DNA of 63,818 nucleotides, counting the filler. It is 8 parts of 8 records of this genome, joined end to end, with 100 filler letters (N's around TTAATTAATTAA, not from the genome) between each part and the next. Parts side by side here need not be neighbours in the genome. Positions count along the whole stretch, not along the records: positions 38,250 to 44,325 come from SRR31147125_14587; positions 44,426 to 49,548 come from SRR31147125_14589; positions 49,649 to 58,400 come from SRR31147125_14612; 5 more parts are not named here. The stretch is one strand, 5' to 3'. A program made the position numbers and the translations under genes. How positions within the stretch are numbered: the stretch's first letter is position 1; every line of letters begins with the position of its first letter. This document shows, piece after piece, positions 38,250-50,109 of this stretch. The notes below the pieces were generated by a model. The model was not told the DNA's origin and did no database searches. It saw nothing but the letters and a program-made list of their open reading frames with translations.

Positions 38250-38743
38250 TGCTTGGAGAAAAAAATACCGGACTATTGTCAATTAGAAATTCAATTTTAC
38301 TTGAAAAAGAAGATTTTATATTTGATAATTTATATGTTGCTATTCAACCTGGAGTTGATTTGATTTGGGGAAATCAAACTTATTACAATAATAGGTTTGA
38401 GGTTTATTATGAAAATAACCCGGATGCCTTAGATCGACATTTAAATAAAATAAAAGAAGATCAACCTTTTAGATATAATCTAATAAAACAATATCTTATT
38501 AATAATCCTGACGTTGAAATTTACGATGTATTGATTTTATTTTTCCCAAATGCATATGATATAAAAGATGAATTTAACCTCAATGCATTAACCATAAATC
38601 TTCCTTTATTTTTTATGATTGGCTCTAAACTTTCTGTAATGGCAAATATGATGTATTACAAACCAATTAACACACCCGATTACATTGAAAATGACTGGAA
38701 ATTTTTATGGAACACAGGAATTTATTACACTTTCAATTTGTAA
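38250..38743 (+). CDS. C-terminal part of a probable outer-membrane beta-barrel protein
   Basis: The frame is open from the contig edge, with alternating beta-strand patterns and an aromatic terminus GIYYTFNL. Confidence 0.55.
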
Positions 38744-38746
38744 GAA

Positions 38747-39457
38747 TTATTTACACAAAGCCTTAAAATATTCTTCTGCCTCAGAATCACCAAGTTCACC
38801 GGCTTTTTCTAAATCAAGGCAAGCACTGGAGTCGAGTTTTAAATTAAACAAAACAATTGCCCTGTTATAATAATAGTCTGGCACCTCTCCTTCTAATTCA
38901 ATTGCCTTATTATAATCTAAAATAGCTTCTTCTAAATTTCCCATATTATATTTTGTGTTTGCCCTGTCGTAATAGCCATCTGCATAATTACCATTTAACT
39001 TAAGTCCCAAATCAAAATCTTCAAGTGCTTTTTCATATTCACCAAGCATGTATAGCGAATTACCACGATCGAAAAAATTATCGTAGTCTTTATCATTAAG
39101 TTCAATAGCTTTTGTAAAATCTTTTACTGCTTTTTCGAATTCACCCAATTCATAATACGAATTACCCCTGTTGTAATAAGCATCAGAATATGTTTTATCT
39201 AACTTCAATATCTGCGTGTAGTCTTTAATTGCACCATTGTAGTCAGCAAGTTCAAATTTTGCATTCCCTCTAAAATACAACGCTTCTTTATTACCAGGTT
39301 CTATGTTTAATGCATTGTTATAATCTTTAATTGCTGCTTCAAAATCCCCTTTTGATTGTTTTTTGTTGCCCGTATCAAGTAACGTATTCACCTGATTTTG
39401 TGAATACAATGAGGTTGATAAAAAAATCGAAATAATTGCTATATAATATTTTTTCAT
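38747..39457 (-). CDS. Secreted tetratricopeptide repeat protein
   Basis: Signal peptide, 5-6 TPRs (AYYNRG...A..DF.KAIEL) and an ACLDLEKAGELG cap. Confidence 0.92.
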   Translation of the reverse strand: MKKYYIAIISIFLSTSLYSQNQVNTLLDTGNKKQSKGDFEAAIKDYNNALNIEPGNKEALYFRGNAKFELADYNGAIKDYTQILKLDKTYSDAYYNRGNSYYELGEFEKAVKDFTKAIELNDKDYDNFFDRGNSLYMLGEYEKALEDFDLGLKLNGNYADGYYDRANTKYNMGNLEEAILDYNKAIELEGEVPDYYYNRAIVLFNLKLDSSACLDLEKAGELGDSEAEEYFKALCK

Positions 39458-39477
39458 GTCTTCCTTTCTAGAATTAA

Positions 39478-39849
39478 TTACCGACGTCTTATTCTTCGTT
39501 GCTGTTGTTGAATCATTTTTCGACGTAACATTCTTTGTTGTTGACGTTTAATCATTTCCTGCTGATTTCTTTTCATGTTAGGCGATCTTCGCATAGCTTG
39601 ATTATTGGACCTATTTGGCCTATTGTCTCTTTTAATTCTATGTTGATTTTGTATCCCCCTTTTTATCATAGAACGTGACTGGCGATTTTCCATTCGCCTA
39701 TGCATGTTGGATTTTCTGACTGGAGAATACTCCCTACTATTGGGGCGGATTGTTAACGTAGATTTATCAATATTTGTATTGGTATTTTCCTGGCTATAGC
39801 TCACCATGAATAAACCATACATCATTATAAATAATAACAGCTTTTTCAT
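39478..39849 (-). CDS. Hypothetical secreted Arg/Gln/Met-rich protein
   Basis: Signal peptide MKKLLLF...SYS|QE followed by a basic low-complexity mature part. Confidence 0.7.
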   Translation of the reverse strand: MKKLLLFIMMYGLFMVSYSQENTNTNIDKSTLTIRPNSREYSPVRKSNMHRRMENRQSRSMIKRGIQNQHRIKRDNRPNRSNNQAMRRSPNMKRNQQEMIKRQQQRMLRRKMIQQQQRRIRRR

Positions 39850-39934
39850 CTTATTAATTTTATACTTTTCCTATTGGATGAAGTAAAAAGGAAAAGGTTT
39901 AATCAAATTTATAAATTAATTAAAAAAGATTGAG

Positions 39935-40261
39935 TTAAATTAAATCTATCTTGGCAGCCAGAATAAAATCATTTTCACTAAGACCATCAATTGCGTGTGT
40001 CCAGAGATCTATTATAACCTTAGAATAATAAACATGCATTACCGGGTGGTGATTCTCTTCCTCTGCAAGAGCAGCAACTTTCTGAACAAAAGACATGGTA
40101 TGTTTAAAATTTACAAAAACGAATGTCCTCTGAAGGTCGTGATCATTTTTCACCACCCATTCAGAATTGATTTGTGGTTTTAGCGTATCAATTTCACTTC
40201 TGGTGAGTCTTGGTATTCCTCCTTCACACGGAACACACTTTTTGTTTGTTAATTGACTCAT
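39935..40261 (-). CDS. Pterin-4-alpha-carbinolamine dehydratase
   Basis: CVPCEGG, AEEENHHP and WTHAIDGLSENDFILAAKID. Confidence 0.93.
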   Translation of the reverse strand: MSQLTNKKCVPCEGGIPRLTRSEIDTLKPQINSEWVVKNDHDLQRTFVFVNFKHTMSFVQKVAALAEEENHHPVMHVYYSKVIIDLWTHAIDGLSENDFILAAKIDLI

Positions 40262-41112
40262 TCTTGAGCAACTTTTAAATTATTAAAATTACTGGTTTGC
40301 GTATTAGTTTTTATTACTTCATTTAAGCTGCCTTGTCTGTAGCCTTCCAAATCAACTGTAACGTAGGTATAACCAATTGATTTCATATAACTTATTATTT
40401 TATTGCGGGTATCATCTTCAAAAAATAACTTTATGTCATTAGGATCAACCTCAATTTTTATTGTGTCTTTTTGATGACGTGCCCGAATATTATGAAATCC
40501 ATTGTCTTTAAGAAAGTTTTCTGCTTTGTCTACCATCTTAAGTTTCTCAATATTGATGTTCTCACCGTACGGAAACCTTGATGATAAACAGGCAAGTGCT
40601 TCTTTTTCCCATGTAGGAAGACCTAATTCTTTCGATAACTCACGAATTTCAGCTTTTGTTAGTTCAGCTTCCTGAAGCGGACTCCGAACACTTAATTCTT
40701 TTAATGCCTTCATTCCCGGACGGTGATCTCCTTTGTCATCATGGTTGGATCCATCAACAAGATTCTTTAGGTTTTCCTTTTTTGCTATTTTGCTGATTTC
40801 TGTAAACAGCTCACTCTTACAGAAGTAACACCTGTTTACCGGATTTTTTATAAAATTTTGGTCTTCCAACTCGTTTGTTTCTATTACTCGTATTTTGGCA
40901 CCTATTAAATTTGCTACTTCTTTTGCCTTATCGTACTCCCTCGAAGGATATGTAGGAGAAACGGCTAACACACCATATGCATTTTCACCAAGAACGTCAT
41001 ATGCAACCTTCAATAGAAATGCACTATCAACTCCACCCGAATAGGCCACTACTACATGACCCATTTCACTGATTAAATCTTTTAGTTTTTGAAATTTTTC
41101 CTGTGTATTCAT
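40258..41112 (-). CDS. larE: LarE-family ATP-dependent sulfur transferase (PP-loop)
   Basis: AYSGGVDS, NRCYFCK, DHRPG, ACLSSRFPYG and DLEGYRQGS. Start probably at 41112. Confidence 0.9.
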   Translation of the reverse strand: MNTQEKFQKLKDLISEMGHVVVAYSGGVDSAFLLKVAYDVLGENAYGVLAVSPTYPSREYDKAKEVANLIGAKIRVIETNELEDQNFIKNPVNRCYFCKSELFTEISKIAKKENLKNLVDGSNHDDKGDHRPGMKALKELSVRSPLQEAELTKAEIRELSKELGLPTWEKEALACLSSRFPYGENINIEKLKMVDKAENFLKDNGFHNIRARHQKDTIKIEVDPNDIKLFFEDDTRNKIISYMKSIGYTYVTVDLEGYRQGSLNEVIKTNTQTSNFNNLKVAQE

Positions 41113-41249
41113 AATATAAATAAACAAAATTACTTCTTCAAGATAGCAAACCTGTTTAGAAAATGTTCAAAATAACCACAAAGTGGTGATTTATATTACC
41201 AACAAACTATGAGTAGTAACATTATTAATAGTTAATTTTAAAATATTAG

Positions 41250-41681
41250 ATGAAGGAGATGACAGGAATTTCTAGGGTTACTACGGAAAAAGCAGAAATT
41301 AAATTATTACAGAATAGAATTGTTAAGGTTGTAATTTTTTCTAATTCAACAATTGACTTACAATCAGCAAAAATTATCGCTAAATCTATTGATGATATGT
41401 CTGAAAGTGGTATTCGCGCAACATTATTTGATGTGCGAAAAATGGTGAATATTACGACTGACGCAAGAAGGTACTTTAAAAATTACAAAAAGAAAAACGT
41501 TGCAGCAATAGCTATATTAATTGATTCAGCAATACAAAAAACTATTATTAAAATGCTATTGCGACTTACACCTCCAAGAATTGTAACACGAGTTTTTGAT
41601 GATGAAAAATCTGCAAAAATTTGGCTTAGAGCAAAAATTAAAAATTCAAAAGTAAAAATTAGTTCTGATGTTCTTTCCTAA
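41250..41681 (+). CDS. Hypothetical STAS/SEC14-like small protein
   Basis: Pattern DVRKM..ITTDARRYF...AIAILI...TRVFDDEKSAKIWL. Confidence 0.6.
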   Translation: MKEMTGISRVTTEKAEIKLLQNRIVKVVIFSNSTIDLQSAKIIAKSIDDMSESGIRATLFDVRKMVNITTDARRYFKNYKKKNVAAIAILIDSAIQKTIIKMLLRLTPPRIVTRVFDDEKSAKIWLRAKIKNSKVKISSDVLS

Positions 41682-43191
41682 GTAAATCTAAAATAGTTTT
41701 TACCGGATTAAACGTTTCTACAGGCACTTCAACAAATAAGGTATTCCAATCAGACATTGCACCGTTCCATAAACCTGGTAGTTCTAGAGCTTTTAAATCT
41801 CTTCCTTCACTAGATTTTTTAGAAATAAAACCTGTTTCAGGATCACGAAAATCAAAAAGATTATATTTTTCGCCCTTATAATTTTTTGTTGAGCAAATTA
41901 AATCAACAGGGTTAAAATGTGTTGCGTTTTCTAAATAACTGTTTTGCTCAGAATCATTCGTATCAATTTGTGATGTTTCCACAACTTGTAACGAAATGGA
42001 ACCATCTGAATTGTAAGCTAAGAATGGTCCGCCTCCTGGTTCTCCTTCATTTTTCACCATTCCACAAACGCGAATCGGACGATTAACTTTAGATTTTAAA
42101 TAATCTCTCTTTTGAGAATTATCCCAATTTGAAAAATCCGCGGGGAAATGAAACGCAAATGTCTCTTTATAAAAAGTTTCTATTTCATTTATCATTTCAT
42201 CAGTTAACTCTTTTGAACTATCTATTATTGAAGCGAAATCAAAAAGTTTTTCCCTGAGTTCAATAAGCTTACCTGCTAATGCTTTTTTATATGTTATTGT
42301 TTCACCTTTTAATTTATCGGGAACAACATTATCAATATTTTTAACAAAAATAATATCAGCATCAATGTCGTTTAAATTATCTAGCAATGCTCCGTGGCCT
42401 CCGGGACGAAACAGTAAATCACCTTTATTTGTTCTAAATGGCTCATTACTCAAATCAACAGCAATCGTATCCGTTGATGTTTTTTGATTTGAATATGATA
42501 TTGAATAATTTACTTTAAACTCTTTTGAATATTTTTTCAAAACATCATCGACTTGTTTTTCAAATGCTTTCTGATGTTCTACTGATACGGTAAAATGCAA
42601 TCTTACTTTATTGTCTTGACTTTTTGCATACAAGGCTCCTTCAACAAGATGTTCTTCTAAGGCCGTTCTTGATTTTTTTCCATAACTATGAAAAGCAAGT
42701 AAAGCTTTTGGTAAACTCCCATAATTTAAACCTTCATTGCCAATAAGAGATTTTGCAATTTTTTTATATTCTTTCTCTTCAATAAGTTGATCAATAGATT
42801 TATTGTAAGTTTTATTACACGCTTCATCTAATTTATTGTAAAATGCAAAACGGGTAAGCCCTTCAAAAAATGGAAGTAAATTCTCTGGAATTTTGTTATC
42901 AGTACCATTTACAAACTCAAAAATTGCTTTAAACATTCTTGATGCAGCACCCGAAGCCGGTACAAATTTTACAAGCGAAAGTTTTTTTGATTTTTTATCG
43001 TAGTATTCTTTCAGGGAAATAATTTCATCGTTACTGAGTTTCTCAATACCATTTCCAACTGAAGCAAATGTCTTCAATGACAAAAAATTAATTCCCTTTT
43101 TAAATGTTTCTATTTGATTATTTACCGATTCAGGAGTTATATTTTTTTTGCTAAGAAACTGTAAGTCAATATCTGAGAATAATTTTTTCAT
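41659..43191 (-). CDS. DUF4301 family protein (nucleotidyltransferase-like)
   Basis: KFVPASGAASRMFK, FRPGGHGALL, KNIDNV, RVCGMVKNEGEPGGGPF and LELPGLWNGAM. Confidence 0.92.
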   Translation of the reverse strand: MKKLFSDIDLQFLSKKNITPESVNNQIETFKKGINFLSLKTFASVGNGIEKLSNDEIISLKEYYDKKSKKLSLVKFVPASGAASRMFKAIFEFVNGTDNKIPENLLPFFEGLTRFAFYNKLDEACNKTYNKSIDQLIEEKEYKKIAKSLIGNEGLNYGSLPKALLAFHSYGKKSRTALEEHLVEGALYAKSQDNKVRLHFTVSVEHQKAFEKQVDDVLKKYSKEFKVNYSISYSNQKTSTDTIAVDLSNEPFRTNKGDLLFRPGGHGALLDNLNDIDADIIFVKNIDNVVPDKLKGETITYKKALAGKLIELREKLFDFASIIDSSKELTDEMINEIETFYKETFAFHFPADFSNWDNSQKRDYLKSKVNRPIRVCGMVKNEGEPGGGPFLAYNSDGSISLQVVETSQIDTNDSEQNSYLENATHFNPVDLICSTKNYKGEKYNLFDFRDPETGFISKKSSEGRDLKALELPGLWNGAMSDWNTLFVEVPVETFNPVKTILDLLRKEHQN

Positions 43192-43302
43192 TACTGTTCA
43201 ATTTTAGTTTTAATAGAATAAGTTTTTTTTAAATTCAATAAATAGAAATTACAAAAAACATCTTTATAAATCTAGGAAACGGGATTAAGTTTTGGTAAAA
43301 TA

Positions 43303-43900
43303 TTAAATCAGTTCAGCCTTAATATTTTTTTGCTCATTAAATTTTTTCACAATTTGATCGCTTAATGATTTCCTAATTGTAAATAAAACAGAGCATGCTT
43401 CCATAAAATCCTGTTCTATGATTTTTATTTCAGGATGCTTTAGTTGCCTCATTACAAAATTCATTTCATTATAACCGAAAGAAACTTTAATTGTTTCATC
43501 AATAGTTTTTGTAATTATTTCTGCATTCGATAATGCATCCTCAGTTGCAATTTTATAGGCAGATATTAAACCGCCAACTCCGAGCAGGGTACCACCAAAA
43601 TATCGAACAACGACAACCAGAACATTGGTCAGTTCTTTTGAATATATCTGACCCAATATAGGTTTACCTGCTGATTTTGAAGGTTCTCCATCATCATTTG
43701 CACGAGTGAATTCTTGTTTGTTACCTATGGCATATGCATAACAATGATGCCGGGCATCGTGGTATTCTTTTTTTAAGAACTCAATGTTCTTTTTAACATC
43801 TTCTTCCCTATAAACAGGAAAAGCAAAGGAGAGAAATTTGCTTCCTTTGCTTTTATAAATTCCTTCTGATGGAGATTTTATTGTATGATAAAAATCTAGA
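43303..43900 (-). CDS. yigZ: YigZ/IMPACT-family protein; no start of its own, in frame with dnaA as assembled
   Basis: KGSKF, ARHHCYAY, NDDGEP..SAGKPIL and VVRYFGGTLLGVGGL. Confidence 0.9.
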
Positions 43901-44325
43901 TCTTTAATTTTTTTCTCTATTTCCTCGATTTGATGTTTGAAATGTTTATCGGTATCAACCAGGTTGTTTACTGTTTTACAAGCATGAAGAACTGTTGCAT
44001 GATCTTTTCCCCCAATTTGTGAACCAATTGTAGCTAAAGATGATTTTGTTAAACCTTTAGAAAAATACATAGCAACCTGACGCGCTTGTACAATCTCTCT
44101 TTTTCTAGTTCTTGATTGTATAAGCTCAACAGCAATGTTATAATAATTACAAACTACTTTTTGAATGTAATCGATTGAGATTTCTTTCTTGGTATTCTTT
44201 ATAAGTTTCTCAATCATTTCCCTTGCCAGGCTCAATGTAATTTCTTTTTTATTAAGCGTAGACTGGGCTAATAACGAGATGAGCGCACCTTCTAATTCTC
44301 TTACATTATTTGCAATATGTGTCGC
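43893..44325 (-). CDS. dnaA: Chromosomal replication initiator DnaA, end of domain III plus domain IV (5' truncated)
   Basis: The frame is open from the contig edge and reads NNVRELEGAL...RKREIVQARQVAMY...IGGKDHATVLHACK. Confidence 0.95.
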
Positions 44326-44425
44326 NNNNNNNNNNNNNNNNNNNNNNNNNNNNNNNNNNNNNNNNNNNNTTAATTAATTAANNNNNNNNNNNNNNNNNNN
44401 NNNNNNNNNNNNNNNNNNNNNNNNN
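44326..44425. other. Artificial contig spacer
   Basis: N44-TTAATTAATTAA-N44. Confidence 0.99.
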
Positions 44426-47400
44426 TTCGCTCATAATTGAAAAATAAAATGTACTACCCTTTCCTTTTTCTGATTCAAGGCGTATTCTACCGCCTAAAAA
44501 TTCTGCCAGATGTTTTGTAATGGTAAGTCCTAATCCGCCTCCTCTATAGAGCTTTTCTTTATCTCCCTCAAGTTTCCTGAATCGTTTGAAAATATTTTCC
44601 TGCTCTTCTTTTCTAATTCCTATCCCCGTATCTTTTACATAAAAAGTAATTTTATTCTCAATAGCATTTTCCAGCCCAAATGTTATTTCACCTTCGTGAG
44701 TAAACTTAATAGCATTGCTCAAAAGGTGCTTAAATATTTGATTAAAATAGTAACCATCTGTATATATTAACTTTCCATCGACAGGTTCTTTATGCTTTAT
44801 ATTCAATTTCACATCTTGTGAACTTATCCTGTTATTCCGTTCAAGATATTGTAAATTGGAACTATATAGTTCTTCCATCTCTTGTTCAATATTCACGCAA
44901 TCCGTTTTCTTAACAAGGGCGCCTGTTTCAATCCTGGAATAATCAATAATATCGTCTATAACTTTTTGTAGTGAATACCCACTCGATTTTATTAAGTCGA
45001 AATATCTTTTGTGTTCTTTACTATTTAACGCCTTGCTCACTATATCAGTAAAACCGATAATTGCATTAAGTGGCGTTCTGACTTCGTGGCTTATATTTTC
45101 TAAAAAAGCCGTTTTTAAGCGATCGCTCTCTTCTGCTTTTATTTTTGCATCTTCCAAATCGATTGTTCGTTCGTATACCTTTTGCTCCAATGAATTTGCA
45201 TGTCCAAGCAATAAATCATTCTTTTCTGCAATTGTATCTCGCTGTTGAAGTATCTCTTCTTTTTGTGCCAAAATCTCTTCGTTTTGTTCTACCAATTTTT
45301 TGTTTGATCGTATTAATTGTTTTGTTTGATCGTCTACAAGTTTTTGTAATATTTCTTTTTGTTTTGAAACACGTTGGGTTCGTGTACGAACAATAACAAG
45401 CACTAACAGAATTATTAGCACAATTGCTAATACCCTAAACCATAGCGCTTGCCAGAATGGGGGACGGACTTCTATGGTCAATTCCGCGGGTAATTCACTT
45501 TCGGTTCCATCTGAATTAATTCCATAAACAATTAAATCATATGTTCCGGGTTTTAAATCTCTAAATGTTAGTTTGTCAGCATTGGCATAAGTCCATTCAT
45601 CGGTTTCATTTAATTTGTATCTATACTTGTTTGCCTCTGCATTTGAATAATGAATTACATCAATATAAATTGAAAAAGATTTTACTTTATGACTCAATGA
45701 TAGTTTATCGGTATCAATCAGAGATTTATTTAGAATAATACTTCCATCATATTCTTTCGTTGGTATAACCTCTTTGTCTTCAACATATAAAGATGATAAG
45801 TAAATTTCAGGCTTATATGGATTTTCTTTTATTCTATCGGGTTGATATACAACAAAACCGTTATTCCCACCATAGTAAAACAAGCCATCAGCATCTTTAT
45901 GCATACTATTAAAGCTGACTTCCCCTGCATACATTCCATTTGATTTAGAATATAAATGAGGGGTTATTTTTTGGTCATCATGTATATTTTCAAGTTTTAG
46001 AAGTTTTTTGCTCTCTGAAATCCAAAGGTTATTTCTTTCACCTAAAATGTTGAAAACACTGGTATAATCAGAATTAAGACTGTTGTTATAGCTTTTAAAT
46101 TGTTTATTTTCAGAAATATACTTAACCAAGCCATGCTTGTTTACCAACCAAATATTATTTCCTGCATCTTTATAAAGCGATGATACCCTGGAAACTAAAG
46201 ATTCATTTTTGAATTCATAAAAAACATCTTTATCCCGGTCATATTCATAGAATCCACTTTTACCCCCCACATACAACGTATTATCATCAGACTCATAAAG
46301 CCCCAAAAAAAAGTCTTTATAGTAATGGATAAACGTTTCAGTATTTCTATCAAACCTACTCAGAATATACTTACTACGATCCCAGTCATCGAGTGAAATA
46401 ACCCACATTGTATTTTCACTATCGACTAAAACATTATATAATTTATCTGATGGAAGCGATGCTGTATCATTCGGAATATGGCGGTAGATTTTTTTTACAT
46501 TGTTATTATTGTCGAGTACATTTAACCCTCCCCTGTTTGTTGCTACCCAAACATTATCAAGACTATCTGTAGCAATTCCTTTAATGTCGTTGTAACTCAA
46601 TGATTTTTTATCGCTGGGGTTATTTGTCAGGTAAGAAAACACTCCTGTTTTTAGATTCAAAATATTTAAACCATTTGATGTTCCAACATAAAAATGATTT
46701 TCATTTTTGGCAAAACAATGGATCCCTCCATTATTCAAGAATTTTTCATTTCTTTTTATCGGCCTGTAGTGAATAAAATTCTTTTGCAGCATATTAAAAT
46801 AAGACACCCCCTGGAGTGGGTTCCCAACCAAACATTTTGATGTTTATCAATTAGGCTGTAAGTGATAGAATTTTGACTGAGTTTGGATACCTCATGATCT
46901 GTATTCGCGTATAATATGCATTCTTCTTTTTCCCTATCGAAATAGTACAATCCTAGCCGGCAACCAATAAACATTCTCCCATAAATATCTTCGAATATTA
47001 CACGTACGCGTTTTGAATATTCATGATTGGGATCAACAAGATACCTTGTAAATGTAGAATCTTGCTTATTTAATTTACAAAACCCTGAATTGTAAGTTCC
47101 AATCCATAATTCATTTTTTTTATCCAAATACAAATGATTTATCCAATCACCGGCAAGCGAATTATTCTTTTCTCTATTAAACCGAAACGATCTTATTTTC
47201 TCATTCTCCCTATCATAATAATGGAGTCCTCGCCGAAATGCGGAAATCCAAATATTATTCTTTTCATCAACCAGTATCCTGTAAATTGAATCATTTTTCA
47301 GCCCCAGTTTTTTTAAAGGAACCTGCTCAAAATCAGAATTATTATTTTTTCCGATAAACAATCCTTTTGATGTTGCAACTAATAGATTATCGGATTTATC

Positions 47401-47853
47401 TTCTGCCATCCTGAAAATCTCTCGCCCATTTAGATTTCCATTTATTTTAATCCTCTTAAAATTTTGTTTTCCATAGTTATATAGATGTAGCCCTTTTCTT
47501 GTCCCTACCCATAGGTTATCTTTTGAATCAAGAAATAATGATGAGACATAGTTGGAATCAATAGATGTGGAGTCTTTTTCATTTGAGAAAAAATTAATGG
47601 TTTCTAAACCGTTAAATCTTGATAAGCCAGATGAAGTCGCAATCCAGATATAGCCATATTTATCTTGCTCTATTGCTGTTATGTGATTGTCTGCTATCCC
47701 GTCTTCAACTGTTAAATGTCTAAACATCCACTGAGCATGAATGTTATTTTCAACGTCTTTTAATAAATCCTGTTGAGTATAGCATACCTCATGTGCAGCA
47801 AAAAAGGAAAGTACAATTATCATTAAATACAGAATGCTGGACCGTAATTTCAT
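44426..47853 (-). CDS. Sensor histidine kinase with periplasmic beta-propeller (Reg_prop) and Y_Y_Y domains, split by a 1-nt indel at 46807-46811, 3' truncated
   Basis: Repeated 'D..xnlWxGT..GL' blades, YRYKL...LKPGTY, a TM helix, SHEVRTPLN, NAIKFT and DTGIGI. One extra G joins WLGTHSRG-VSYFN. Confidence 0.9.
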
Positions 47854-48108
47854 ATAACCCCAAGGAACTTCTCATTTAACTTGAATTCTTATACAAGATT
47901 TAGATGCAGAATGTTACTTTTATGTTATTTATTATTTAAATTTTGTATACTTTTTTTATAATAGACATTATCGACTGCCTTTTTTTCTTGATCATGGCCA
48001 TAATTCATTAACTTGATATAACTATTAAACATCCTTAACTATGATATCAGTTAGTATGTGAATCTATTATTATATATAACTTGCGCACTTATTTTTAAAA
48101 ATTTATTT

Positions 48109-49329
48109 GTGAGTATTAAGAAATCCAGCAAGATATTTATTCCGACAATTACAATTATGTTAGCTGCACTTGTAGCCATGTCTCCATTGGCTATTGATAC
48201 GTATATTGCAGCCATGCCAATCATGGCAGACTATTTTGGGGTGAAATTTAACATCGTAGAGTTAACCATTACATTATATTTTCTGGGCTTTGCCACGGGT
48301 AATTTTTTTGGTGGCCCATTATCTGATTCATTTGGAAGAAAAACAATTGCACTATTTGGTATTTCTCTTTATGGGCTGTCTGCCTTTTCAATTCCCTTTT
48401 GCCAAAAAATTGAATATATCTTAATACTAAGGGTTATTCAGGCTTTTGGTGGTGGATTTGCTACAGTAACAGCAAATATCTTTGTTCGCGATTGGTATTC
48501 CGGAAAACAGGTAGCGAGGTTTCTTACAATTATTAGCATGATTATGATGCTTGCACCATTAGTTGCTCCTGTTCTTGGTACAGGTCTGCTCCATTGGAAA
48601 GGATGGCAAAGTATTTTCTTTTTCTTGTTTGGTTTTGCATTGGTATTATTTACTACTTTCTTAATTATCATCCCTGAATCGAGGGATAAATCACTAATAA
48701 CAAGAAAAATAACAGGCAAGCAGCTCATTTCAAAATACAAAGTTTTCTTTTCAGACAAACTTTCGGTTTTGATGCTTTTTGCAATTAGTTTCCCTATGGC
48801 AGGTCTTTATATCTTCATAAGCAGTGCATCATTTATGTACCTCGAATATTTTAAAATAGACCAATTACATTTCCCGTTAGTTTTTGGTGCTAATGTAGTT
48901 CTCAACATTCTTCTTTCGCTCCTTAATACTTACTTATTAAAAAAACACGAACCGAGCCAGATTTTAAAAACCGGACTGCTCATTCAGTTATTATCCGGTA
49001 TTACTTTAGCCATTTCAATTTTATTTCCCGAACCATCTTTCTGGATTATTTTCTCATCAATTGTACTATTTGTAGGTAGCCTGGGGCTCGTGTTTGGCAA
49101 TGGTACTGCTGTAATACTTAATATTAATCCGGAAGTAAGTGGTTCAGCCAATGCCACCATTGGTATAACACGTTTTATTCTTGGATTTCTTATTGGAAGC
49201 CTTATCGCTATGTTTCATACAGGAAACCTTAAACCCATCGGAGCATTTATGTTCTTATGTACTTTTACTGGAAATATTCTATACTTTATAGCTCTCAATA
49301 AGACAAAAACTCAAACTGAATCCACATAA
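48109..49329 (+). CDS. Bcr/CflA-family MFS drug efflux transporter
   Basis: PLAIDTY, GPLSDSFGRK, RVIQAFGGG, VRDWY and LAPLVAPVLG. GTG at 48109 is the likelier start; the track gives 48058. Confidence 0.92.
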   Translation: MSIKKSSKIFIPTITIMLAALVAMSPLAIDTYIAAMPIMADYFGVKFNIVELTITLYFLGFATGNFFGGPLSDSFGRKTIALFGISLYGLSAFSIPFCQKIEYILILRVIQAFGGGFATVTANIFVRDWYSGKQVARFLTIISMIMMLAPLVAPVLGTGLLHWKGWQSIFFFLFGFALVLFTTFLIIIPESRDKSLITRKITGKQLISKYKVFFSDKLSVLMLFAISFPMAGLYIFISSASFMYLEYFKIDQLHFPLVFGANVVLNILLSLLNTYLLKKHEPSQILKTGLLIQLLSGITLAISILFPEPSFWIIFSSIVLFVGSLGLVFGNGTAVILNINPEVSGSANATIGITRFILGFLIGSLIAMFHTGNLKPIGAFMFLCTFTGNILYFIALNKTKTQTEST

Positions 49330-49344
49330 TTTATCATTCACAAA

Positions 49345-49548
49345 CTAGTCCCACAGAAGGTAACCATCCACAAGTTCCAGGGAGTTAAAACCACCAACTT
49401 TCTGATTTTTAAAATTAATCGGGAAATTCATGTGAAAATTAACCGGTTCTCCTTCATGAGTTGCAGGGCTCCAATCTTCAGGTACCTCATTAATTATCTC
49501 AACAAGCATTTTACTTAATGCAGGGTAATTGCTTTTTGCAACATGTAC
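49345..49548 (-). CDS. TonB C-terminal domain protein fragment (5' truncated)
   Basis: My translation: ...EIINEVPEDWSPATHEGEPVNFHMNFPINFKNQ...LLWD*. Confidence 0.65.
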   Translation of the reverse strand, partial: VHVAKSNYPALSKMLVEIINEVPEDWSPATHEGEPVNFHMNFPINFKNQKVGGFNSLELVDGYLLWD

Positions 49549-49648
49549 NNNNNNNNNNNNNNNNNNNNNNNNNNNNNNNNNNNNNNNNNNNNTTAATTAA
49601 TTAANNNNNNNNNNNNNNNNNNNNNNNNNNNNNNNNNNNNNNNNNNNN
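49549..49648. other. Artificial contig spacer
   Basis: N44-TTAATTAATTAA-N44. Confidence 0.99.
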
Positions 49649-50109
49649 ACCTTATGAACTTCAGGAGGGAAAAACCTGGGTAAAAAAAGAGTTTTCAAAA
49701 ATTTCGTCTATATTAAAAAGGTTCCCCTCCAATATATCTCACCCGCTTTTATACCTGGCTATGAATTTTGCTATCCGAAAAATGTGAGGTTAGATTATAA
49801 AAAATTATCCGGACAGAATTCCGAAATATTCGAATCACAAAGAGAGATTGAAACCATTCATCAAGTAGAAATCAAGTCATAATTTCTGAATAAAACAGCG
49901 AAATATAAACATTTTACTCTTGACCTTTTGATTAACATACCCTATCATTCTTTTTTACCTTTTTAAACAAATGAACAAAATGAATAAAGGTCATCTTTTC
50001 AGGACTTTTTCTCAAGTTATTCCTTAGAAAACAAGTTTGTCTATAACCAGGAATAGACACATACTTTTAAATTTTCCCAAAAATCAATCCAACCATTCAG
50101 GTAGATGTT

